Positions 1 through 8,214 of a stretch of 25,029 nt of DNA are shown in pieces. Position 1 is the first letter of the stretch. Each line of letters begins with the position of its first letter. The translations under genes were made by a program, and so were the position numbers. Origin of the DNA: a virus (Duplodnaviria; Caudoviricetes); IMG/VR virus record IMGVR_UViG_3300020194_000043, positions 1-25,029 of that record; one strand, written 5' to 3'. The notes below the pieces were generated by a model. That model was not told the origin of the DNA and did not search any database. It saw only the letters and a list, made by a program, of their open reading frames with translations.

Positions 1-516
1 AACTGAAGTTACGTTAGCTGAAATACCTGCTACTGTAGAAATATCTGTATCGTTACCTGCAACTGTAGTTACATCTGCATTTATTCCTGCTACTGTGTTG
101 ATGTTTGAACTGTTTGCATTTACAGCATTAATATTTGTTTCATTACCTACTACTGCATTTATATTTGTAGAATTTCCTGCTACCGAATTTACATTGGCTA
201 TATCTGTAGCAACATTATTAACATTAGTAATATTTGTACCAACTGTATTTACGTTAGCTATGTTGTTTGATACTGTGTCTATTTCTGAAGTAGCTTCATT
301 TAAATCGTTAGCCGCAGTTTCTATTTCTGAGATAGCTTCATTTAAATCATTTGCTACTGTCACTACGTCTGCAATGTTAGTAGCTACTGTAGTAATTGAT
401 GGCATGTTGGTTGCCACAGTACCAATATCTGTAGCATCATTTGCTACTGCTGTAACATCAGAAGCAATATTAGCTACATCTGTTACATCTGAACTAATAC
501 CTGCAACTGTTGTGAT
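1..516 (-). repeat. Degenerate ~30-nt (10-aa) tandem repeat forming the tail fibre shaft
   Basis: ITTVAGISSD/VTDVANIASD/VTAVANDATD/IGTVATNMPS/ITTVATNIAD...VNSVAGNSTN/INAVVGNETN/INTVAGINAD/VTTVAGNDTD/ISTVAGISAN, interrupted by two 14-aa units at 271-354. Confidence 0.85.
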
Positions 517-972
517 GTTAGGTATGTTAGTTGAGATAAATTGTTTGTTTACAGCATCAGTATTATCTACTGGGTCTGCAACATTAGTAATTCTTTTGTT
601 TGTTGCGTCCCATTGGTCTGTAGTTGTAGAAATATTTAAAGTACCTTCTGTAATATCAATAGCTTCTTGTGCCATAAAGAAAGCTTGGTTTCCATCTTGG
701 TCAAGTGAAGCTTCTGTAAGGGTAGATCCATCTTGATAATCTACAAGTCTAGCATTTCTATTTGAAGACCTAGTAATTTTAATTATAGAACTATTTGCAG
801 GAGCCGACCCAAATGCAATAGTAGATGAGTTAGAAAAAGTATAATCTGTAGTTAATGTTTTTGTAACACCATCTACAGTTACAATAACATCAGCAGTTGT
901 AATGTACGGAAAGGTTACACTATAAGAAGTTGTGCTACCATTACCTGTATATGTATCTATTGCAAATGCCAT
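1..972 (-). CDS. gp17: Tail fibre protein (T7 gp17-like), N-terminal 324 aa, 3' end outside the window
   Basis: Manual translation from ATG at 972, open to position 1: MAFAIDTYTGNGSTTSYSVTFPY...RLVDYQDGSTLTEASLDQDGNQAFFMAQEAID (T7 fibre N-terminal anchor), WDATNKRITNVADPVDNTDAVNKQF neck motif, then 10-aa repeats. Directly follows gp16. Confidence 0.93.
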   Translation of the reverse strand, partial: MAFAIDTYTGNGSTTSYSVTFPYITTADVIVTVDGVTKTLTTDYTFSNSSTIAFGSAPANSSIIKITRSSNRNARLVDYQDGSTLTEASLDQDGNQAFFMAQEAIDITEGTLNISTTTDQWDATNKRITNVADPVDNTDAVNKQFISTNIPNITTVAGISSDVTDVANIASDVTAVANDATDIGTVATNMPSITTVATNIADVVTVANDLNEAISEIETAANDLNEATSEIDTVSNNIANVNTVGTNITNVNNVATDIANVNSVAGNSTNINAVVGNETNINAVNANSSNINTVAGINADVTTVAGNDTDISTVAGISANVTSV

Positions 973-994
973 ATTTTATTTGTTTTCCCTGTTG

Positions 995-3900
995 TTAATA
1001 TAGTTCTTGTTGACCTTTATCTGGTAAGCCAGAATGATCTCTTACAAAGTTTAAGAATTGGTTAATCCCATATAAGTTTTGATATGGAAATAATCTCATT
1101 ATTCTATTTAAATCTTGTTTACTAAAATTGTAGTCAGATCTTGTTGCTTTTAATCCAGATCCTGCAACTTGAAATATTTTACCTATTAAATCATAAGTAG
1201 GATTACCTGTTATTAAATTCATTTCTTGACCAGATGATCTGGTATTAAATCTGTGATCTGGTGCAACCTGTCCCATAATCATATCTAAGAAAGGAGGCAT
1301 AACCGAAGACCAACCTGCTCTTTGGAAAGAAGCAATTGCAATCTTATTGTAATCACCTTTTTCTCCAAGTTTCTTTTTTAAGTATGCTTTCTTTTCACTT
1401 TTAGACATACCAACAGCATTAAAGTTAGCTTGAGCAACATAAGCCGCTCCTCCAATAAATGAAGTATATAAGAACATATTTACTGTTGCTTGGTCTGCCA
1501 TAGCTACGTTATGTAAAAACTGTTTATTCCAAGCAGTCATAACGAATTGTCTAAACTGACCCATAGTTTTTCCCCAAGCATTGTCTGAGAAAAATCTACT
1601 CGTATCTCCAATAAAATTATATTGAACAGCTCGTTTAGTATATCTGTTAGTTGCTATTGCAAATCTTTTAACTAAAGCTTGATCTTTAAATTTTACAAAA
1701 TCAAATGATAAAACTCTACGACCTAAAGAGTTACTTGTAGTAACTACATTAGGACTATTAAATTCTTTTGCTAAAGCTACAAGATCAGCATCATCTAATC
1801 CTAAAACTCTGTATCTGTTTAGTCTACCTTTACTTATAGCATCTATAGTTTTTCCACCTTTAGAAACATCTATAAGATCTTCTGCTAATTTATGAACAAA
1901 TAATCTCATAGCAATCTTTCTTTGGTTGCTATCTATTTTAATTAAACCAGAAGTATATCCTGTTATTTTTTCTGCCGCATTAGTTAATGGTTTTGATACA
2001 AAACTAGCTTGACTATCTAATTTAGAAATACCTCTGTCTAAAACATCATGTGCTTGATATAATCTGTATAAGTAATCATCTCCATTAGATGCACCAATAA
2101 TAGCCATGTCGTTATAGAAAGTATCGTCTATCTTACCCGCTTGGGCATCATCAACTAACTTTCTAAAGAAAGGTATTTCATTCAACATGGTTTTCATACC
2201 TTGTTGTGATACAGCTACACCATACTCAGGTAGCTGTGCTATACCTACTTGGTTTAGTACCCTTATAAAATTAAATCTTCTTAAATCTCTTAATACTTTA
2301 TTTGCACCAAATGATGGATCTCCTGTTTCAGTAGATCTTCCCATAATGTTATTAAAGAAACTATCTATTGTATCTTTTTCTTCTTGTGCAATAAACTTAT
2401 TACCTAATCCTCTTTGTGTAGCATTTTTAGTTTTAGCTACATTAGTTTTAGGATCATTGTAAACTTTATCAATATCGTTAAATAATTCGTTCTTTGTTTT
2501 TAACCATTGGTTTCTACTTTTAATACCCATTCTTTCGGATAGTGAATACCAACCACTCATTTCATTTGTGTATGAGTGCCAAAGTAAATCTATATCATTT
2601 TCAAAAAGATCATCTACTCTAGTGTTAACACCTTTAATTGTAGTTTCAAAGTTTTCGTTTAATCTAATTCTTTCTGAGAATCTTCCTGATGTTAAAAGAC
2701 TTATATTATTTTTAAGACCATTAAATAAATCATCTCTTTGTAATTTTGTTAAATTAGAAAATACATCATCTATATATTCTCTTAATAGTTCTGGACTTTT
2801 AATTTTAATAAGTTGTTCAATATCAAAACCACCATGTCTACTATTATACTTAGCCGCCTGGACAATTGCTTTGGCCATAGCTCTAGCTTTAGTTAAAGGT
2901 ATTTTAACATCTTTAACTTCTCCTGTTTTACCATCAACACCTTTTACTGTAGTGTCTTTCCCTTTTACTTTAGTTGCAGGATTATCATATTTGTTTAATA
3001 GTTTTTGTTCACTTGTAATAGCTTTAACTAATAATTCTTCAATTCCATCTTCACCTATTTTTGCTTCTAGAGCCGCAAAGCTTTCAAAACTAATTTTTCT
3101 AGGTACATAATATCTACCTGTGTTTGCCGCTAAATCCTCAGCACCTTCAACACCAGATTCTGCTAACTTCTTAGCCCATAGTTGAAAACCATTTGCATAG
3201 CCCTCAGCCGCTTTAACTACATTAGCATCTTTTAATAATTCTATATCAGCCGCACTTTTATCTTTTCTAGATAAAGCAATCATGGCTCTTTTAACTTTAA
3301 CCATGAAATCTGTTTTATGTTTAAACTGAAAGAAACCTTTTAGTTTACCTATAGCTGTACCGCCATAACCTAAAGATTTTAAGTAGCCCTCCATAGCATC
3401 ATTTACAATACCGTAAACTGTACTATGTGTTTCCATAGTAACTTGATCCCTTATGGCTTCAACTGTTTCTCTTTGTACTACAGCTTTACCATCTCCTTTA
3501 GTCCAACCAATAGGTTCTTCCATTGATTCAAAACCAAACTTTTTAGTTAGTTTAGAAAGACTTGTTCCTAAAGTTCCAGATCTTGTCATACTGAAACCAA
3601 AGAAAGGTATGTTTCTTAATTTTGGATAGAATAATTCTATTCCATCAATATCTGTTTCAGCTAAATCTTTCTCTAGCTTTTTGTTTTCTTTAGATATTTT
3701 AGTGTTTTTAAATTTTGTATTGTCTGCTTTAGGGGTTGTTTTTAATCCATTCTCCTCTATGTCAGCTCTTTCAATAGAAGTAGCTACATTATTAAGCCTT
3801 TTTGACATTATTGCGGAGATACCCCCTCCAAGAGTACCACCTAAAGCTGACGCTATTATTATGTCATTGATACCCATTGTTGGGTTATTAGCCGCTACAG

Positions 3901-5053
3901 GAGCATATAAAGCTCCCTCCATAGATCCATAAACTAATCCTGATCTAAGAAAGTTTTGTCTTCTTGATATTCCTGTAAGAAACTGAGTGCCTTTCATTAC
4001 TTTACTTAAAGCACCGTAACCTGTGATGTTAACAGGATCTAATATAAAAGAACCTAACTGTAAGGCTGTACCTGTCCAACCCATGTTAGATAAGATTTCA
4101 GCATTTTTTTGATGTCTACCTGCTTTTTGTCCTAAATATTCTAGATGACCTGCATTTACAGCACCTACAAGACTTTCTGCATATCTACTATTAAGGTTAT
4201 ATTTTTTAATTGTTTCTCTAAATTCTTCTAAATTATTTTCATAACTAAAACCATCTTCTTGAACAAACGTAGGTGCAAAGAACATATCAAAGCCGTTAGC
4301 TAGTATAGTATTTTCTCTTATTGCCGCTTTAACACCTTTGGTAAATGTAGAACCTTCTTCTATATACTTTTGGTACTCACTATCATTGTATGCGTCATCT
4401 AAAAATAAACCTCTACTTACACTCGGTAATTCTGACCATAGATACTTTTGTTTAGTAGTATCTGTAGGTTTAAATTTACTGTCTTCTAATGCTTTAAGAG
4501 TTTTTTTTTCGTTCTCTAATAAGTCTGCTTCTTTATTTCTTCTAGTTGGAAAATCATCTCCAAAGTTTCTTAAGTTAGCTAAAGCACCGTCCCAATCTCC
4601 GCTAGCGGCCTGTTTGATATAATTCATATCACTACCGTCAGTTCTTGTAAAAGAAGTACCATGTTGAAAACCAACAGATACTAAAACTGTCTGTTGTGCT
4701 TGTGTTAATTCTTCAAATGGTGTTACAGGGTCGTGTTTATTATAAGTTGCTACAACTTGATTTGTATACCAAGAGTGACTAGCTTTATCTATTTCTTTAA
4801 CTTGAGTATCATTTAATTGTAAATTAGGTGCTACTTCTTTTGCCTCTGCTCCAGACACACCCATAAAATTAGATAAGAAACCTGTAGTTTCTTCTGATAT
4901 GCCTAACTCGTTAATTAAAAAATCTGGTGTCTTTTCTTTTAAATCAAAACCTGTTGCTATTGTAACACCAGAGTTTTCACTAGGTACATAACCTTGTTTT
5001 ACACCTTCACCTTCTAAGCTTGAGATAAATTCCCAATTAATATTTGTAGTCAT
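995..5053 (-). CDS. gp16: Internal virion (ejection) protein D, gp16-like, with N-terminal pesticin-like muramidase domain
   Basis: 1352 aa, sits between gp15-like gene and tail fibre; N-terminus FISSLEG...GYVP..SGVTIATGFDL...TRRNKEADLL fits the pesticin C-terminal lysozyme pattern. Confidence 0.85.
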   Translation of the reverse strand: MTTNINWEFISSLEGEGVKQGYVPSENSGVTIATGFDLKEKTPDFLINELGISEETTGFLSNFMGVSGAEAKEVAPNLQLNDTQVKEIDKASHSWYTNQVVATYNKHDPVTPFEELTQAQQTVLVSVGFQHGTSFTRTDGSDMNYIKQAASGDWDGALANLRNFGDDFPTRRNKEADLLENEKKTLKALEDSKFKPTDTTKQKYLWSELPSVSRGLFLDDAYNDSEYQKYIEEGSTFTKGVKAAIRENTILANGFDMFFAPTFVQEDGFSYENNLEEFRETIKKYNLNSRYAESLVGAVNAGHLEYLGQKAGRHQKNAEILSNMGWTGTALQLGSFILDPVNITGYGALSKVMKGTQFLTGISRRQNFLRSGLVYGSMEGALYAPVAANNPTMGINDIIIASALGGTLGGGISAIMSKRLNNVATSIERADIEENGLKTTPKADNTKFKNTKISKENKKLEKDLAETDIDGIELFYPKLRNIPFFGFSMTRSGTLGTSLSKLTKKFGFESMEEPIGWTKGDGKAVVQRETVEAIRDQVTMETHSTVYGIVNDAMEGYLKSLGYGGTAIGKLKGFFQFKHKTDFMVKVKRAMIALSRKDKSAADIELLKDANVVKAAEGYANGFQLWAKKLAESGVEGAEDLAANTGRYYVPRKISFESFAALEAKIGEDGIEELLVKAITSEQKLLNKYDNPATKVKGKDTTVKGVDGKTGEVKDVKIPLTKARAMAKAIVQAAKYNSRHGGFDIEQLIKIKSPELLREYIDDVFSNLTKLQRDDLFNGLKNNISLLTSGRFSERIRLNENFETTIKGVNTRVDDLFENDIDLLWHSYTNEMSGWYSLSERMGIKSRNQWLKTKNELFNDIDKVYNDPKTNVAKTKNATQRGLGNKFIAQEEKDTIDSFFNNIMGRSTETGDPSFGANKVLRDLRRFNFIRVLNQVGIAQLPEYGVAVSQQGMKTMLNEIPFFRKLVDDAQAGKIDDTFYNDMAIIGASNGDDYLYRLYQAHDVLDRGISKLDSQASFVSKPLTNAAEKITGYTSGLIKIDSNQRKIAMRLFVHKLAEDLIDVSKGGKTIDAISKGRLNRYRVLGLDDADLVALAKEFNSPNVVTTSNSLGRRVLSFDFVKFKDQALVKRFAIATNRYTKRAVQYNFIGDTSRFFSDNAWGKTMGQFRQFVMTAWNKQFLHNVAMADQATVNMFLYTSFIGGAAYVAQANFNAVGMSKSEKKAYLKKKLGEKGDYNKIAIASFQRAGWSSVMPPFLDMIMGQVAPDHRFNTRSSGQEMNLITGNPTYDLIGKIFQVAGSGLKATRSDYNFSKQDLNRIMRLFPYQNLYGINQFLNFVRDHSGLPDKGQQELY

Positions 5054-5058
5054 AGTAT

Positions 5059-7155
5059 TTAAAATTTATATATTTCTCCTTGTCCAAAGTTACCTGTGCC
5101 TACTCCCATATCTTCTCTTTCTTTTTCTCGTTTTTGTTTAGCTTTTAGTTTTTTATCTTTAGCAATTCTTGCTTTCTCATCTAAAATATCTTGAGAAGCT
5201 TGTTTCTCTTTCATTCTATCTTTAACAATACTAATAGGTATTTCTAACCAAACAGTTTGACCGTCTTTGTATTCGACTGTTGCTGGCACATCGAGAGAGG
5301 TACTAAGATTCTCTTTAAACATAATAGTATCTCTTTCATCATTAACTATTATTTCGTAATTGTTTAAATCTAAACCTCTGTTTTCATTTGGGGCAACTCC
5401 TGTAAAATCAGGATTAGTTTCATCGTAGTAAAAACCTACAAGTTCAGAATCTTCAATAATATCTTTTTCGATATTTAATTTTTCTTTTAGTAGTTCAATT
5501 GCGTTAATTTTAAATACATCATAATTGTCGGGATTAACTCCAATCTTTTTAATTTTATAGTTACTAATTAAACGACCATTTACATCAGTATAATGCTTAT
5601 CAATAAACTCTCCTGTTGCTTTAATATAATTAGCACCTTCTGGCATAGTATTCTTAAAATACTCTCCGATCATTTGAGTTAATTCTTGGTTAGGTGCGTA
5701 AGCTGAATTAACTGCATAACCTTGTAGTTCTTTTCTATCTTCTGCATTTAGAGTTATAATTTCTGAAGTTCTATACTTTTGAGTTCCAATTTCTCTAATA
5801 ACATTTCTATAATCCATTCCAGACTGAACCATTGCATTAGCAATAAAGAAATCATATTTACTCTTATCGTTTTCTTTAAAATAAATACCTGTTAATCCTG
5901 ATTGATCTAATCTTGCATAAACTTCTAAAGCTAATTTAGAATCTTCTGTAGTGTAGGGAGATAAAGGTTTTGATAATAAATCTTCTATTCTACCAATTGG
6001 TTCATTAAGTTTCATGCCCATTTCTAAAGAAACAACAGTATTTAAAAATGCTTCGGCAGGCGTTGCACCCGCAGATGTTCTAGCCGCTACTTCTTTATCA
6101 AACAATTGGTTATCAAACTTTTTTCTATCTGATTTAGAATAGCTTGCAACATTACCTTGTGACCAATTAACAGCGTAGTTAACTAAATCATTAGAATCTT
6201 TTAGACTATTTAATATCTCTCTTACTTGTGGTGCTAAACTTGGATTGTTTAATGTTGATGGGGTTCCATCTGGTTTGTTTTGAGTTAAGAATTTAATATA
6301 TGAATTAGCAAATCTACCATCTATTAAAGCATGAGTTTTAGCTTCTTGAATTAATATTTGATCAAAGTCGACATTATCCAAAGCAGGGTTTTTATTATTC
6401 TTTACATCATAGTAAAGTTTTTCAAACATTTTCTCTGAATTTTCTGCAAAGTATTTTTGTTTTCTTTCAGCGTAGTCTTTTACATTCATACTAACTTCGC
6501 CTTCCATTTCTTCCATTAGCTCATTTTCGTAAAAAGCTATTTCTAGTTCTTCTTCTACTTTATGAGGTAACGCCTGTAAGTCATATGAAGTATTCTGTCT
6601 AATCTTTGTAACTAAGTTATCTTGTTGTCTTTCAAATTCTTTTGTATTTAACCAAGTTCTTAATTTAGCTGTGCTTTCATTATAAGCTGATGCAAAAAAT
6701 TCATCATCACCTTTATCAGCTAAATACTGTTCACTATATTGACTATAATGATCTTGCCAATTGTAGCCTGCAGTATTTCTTTGTGCCCAATAATCTTGTT
6801 TAAAATCTTGTATAAATTTATCTGCTGAGTTATTTGCATATTGTTTATATGCACCAAATCTAGCCCAACCATTATAAATATCTGGAAAACCATTTTTATG
6901 AGCAAGTTTAGATTCTTCTAAAGTCATGCCATTAATCTTAGCGGCACCCTCGTTAGCTTTTTGTTCATTTTGTTCTTTAAACTTTTTATCTGCTAAAGCT
7001 TTGATTGCAGGATTAATACTAGCTAAAGTATCTGCTAGTTGTTCAAAACCACTTTTACCAACTATCTGAGCTCCAGAACCTACTGATACAGCTTCTGGTG
7101 TTGGTGCGTTTTCCAACTGCACATTAGTATTTAAATCTGTATTTATCTTAGCCAT
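5059..7155 (-). CDS. Internal virion protein C (gp15-like)
   Basis: 698-aa helical ORF in the gp15 position; TAATG-coupled to the upstream gene. Called mainly on synteny and size. Confidence 0.72.
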   Translation of the reverse strand: MAKINTDLNTNVQLENAPTPEAVSVGSGAQIVGKSGFEQLADTLASINPAIKALADKKFKEQNEQKANEGAAKINGMTLEESKLAHKNGFPDIYNGWARFGAYKQYANNSADKFIQDFKQDYWAQRNTAGYNWQDHYSQYSEQYLADKGDDEFFASAYNESTAKLRTWLNTKEFERQQDNLVTKIRQNTSYDLQALPHKVEEELEIAFYENELMEEMEGEVSMNVKDYAERKQKYFAENSEKMFEKLYYDVKNNKNPALDNVDFDQILIQEAKTHALIDGRFANSYIKFLTQNKPDGTPSTLNNPSLAPQVREILNSLKDSNDLVNYAVNWSQGNVASYSKSDRKKFDNQLFDKEVAARTSAGATPAEAFLNTVVSLEMGMKLNEPIGRIEDLLSKPLSPYTTEDSKLALEVYARLDQSGLTGIYFKENDKSKYDFFIANAMVQSGMDYRNVIREIGTQKYRTSEIITLNAEDRKELQGYAVNSAYAPNQELTQMIGEYFKNTMPEGANYIKATGEFIDKHYTDVNGRLISNYKIKKIGVNPDNYDVFKINAIELLKEKLNIEKDIIEDSELVGFYYDETNPDFTGVAPNENRGLDLNNYEIIVNDERDTIMFKENLSTSLDVPATVEYKDGQTVWLEIPISIVKDRMKEKQASQDILDEKARIAKDKKLKAKQKREKEREDMGVGTGNFGQGEIYKF

Positions 7156-7736
7156 TATTTAGGTGAGTTGTAATTATCGTAAGTTAAATTAAATGTTTGA
7201 CCACCTGAGCTCGCATTTGGAGTAGTAGGTGCCGCATTAGCCATATACATTGTACCAATATCTGTAGCCGCACTTAAAGCGTAAGATGTAAATGATGGTT
7301 TGTATGCTCTAGGTAAATTGTTTATTTGGTTAGTAAATCTTCTATTCCAAGCAAGTCTATCTTGTGCCATTCCATACATATAGTTTTCATAGTTTTGATC
7401 TATAATATTAGAATCTTTACCTGCTTGTCTTTCTACGTCTCCAACTAAACTATTAAATAAATTACCACCAATACCTTTTTCAAATATTGCTAGTTTAACT
7501 TGTCCTTTTTTCTTTGTTTCTTCTTCTTTAAGTTTTAGTTTTTGTTCACTTAATTGATCTTCTTTAATTTCTTTTTGACGTATAAGTGCGTTATCTTTGT
7601 AGATAGCTTCTTCTCTAATAGTTTTAGCTTTAGCATCAGTCTGAGAGTTAGTGTAGTTAGCTTTAGCTTTATCTGATCGATAAGACTGAACTGCTGAAAA
7701 TACTCTTAATGCTGTAAATGCTGTTGGGTTACACAT
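7155..7736 (-). CDS. Internal virion protein B (gp14-like)
   Basis: 193 aa, Met-Cys start, hydrophobic N-terminus, Ala/Gln/Lys-rich helices, GIGGN motif, gp14 position. Confidence 0.75.
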   Translation of the reverse strand: MCNPTAFTALRVFSAVQSYRSDKAKANYTNSQTDAKAKTIREEAIYKDNALIRQKEIKEDQLSEQKLKLKEEETKKKGQVKLAIFEKGIGGNLFNSLVGDVERQAGKDSNIIDQNYENYMYGMAQDRLAWNRRFTNQINNLPRAYKPSFTSYALSAATDIGTMYMANAAPTTPNASSGGQTFNLTYDNYNSPK

Positions 7737-8214
7737 CTATTGTTTCTTTCTCCTGTTTAAAGTTTTGTTTTATAAATCCATAAAATAAAACATCGTTAAA
7801 TGTTTTTTCATTAATAATTTTAAATCCACACCAATTAAGCCAATCTAAATGTAGTTTATTTCTACTGTCGATGTAGTTAAAGAGAATAGGAAACCTATCT
7901 TCCATTTCTTGTACTCTATCTTTACATTCTTTTAAGAATTTAATTTTAATCTTTTTAATCTTTGGTGTGCAAAGTAAAAATGGAGATCCAATATTTTTAT
8001 CATCTAAAGATGGAACAACTCCATATATACCTGCAATTTTTTTATCTACAAAAAATGAACGACAGTAGCTAGTCATTGCTAAACCTTTTAATAAAGTTTT
8101 CTCAATGTCTACATCTCCTGACTTTGCTTTTATTTCTGCTAAATCTTCTTTTCTTAAATCTTTAGTTAATTCTTTTATATGTTGTGCTTTTGTATCTATT
8201 TCATCAATAATCAT
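7729..8214 (-). CDS. gp13-like protein (internal virion protein A / GNAT acetyltransferase-like)
   Basis: 161 aa from ATG 8214 (TAATG overlap with gp12 stop); LRKEDLAEI and LFNYIDSRNKLHLDWLNWCGF motifs typical of gp13/DUF2833. Confidence 0.8.
   Translation of the reverse strand: MIIDEIDTKAQHIKELTKDLRKEDLAEIKAKSGDVDIEKTLLKGLAMTSYCRSFFVDKKIAGIYGVVPSLDDKNIGSPFLLCTPKIKKIKIKFLKECKDRVQEMEDRFPILFNYIDSRNKLHLDWLNWCGFKIINEKTFNDVLFYGFIKQNFKQEKETIDV

Noticed and set aside
1-516. CRISPR array or non-coding repeat
   Set aside because: Repeats are degenerate, in frame and conserved at protein level, with no repeat-spacer pattern.
95-736. 213-aa plus-strand ORF
   Set aside because: Antisense shadow of the repetitive tail fibre gene; the minus-strand frame has clear gp17 motifs.
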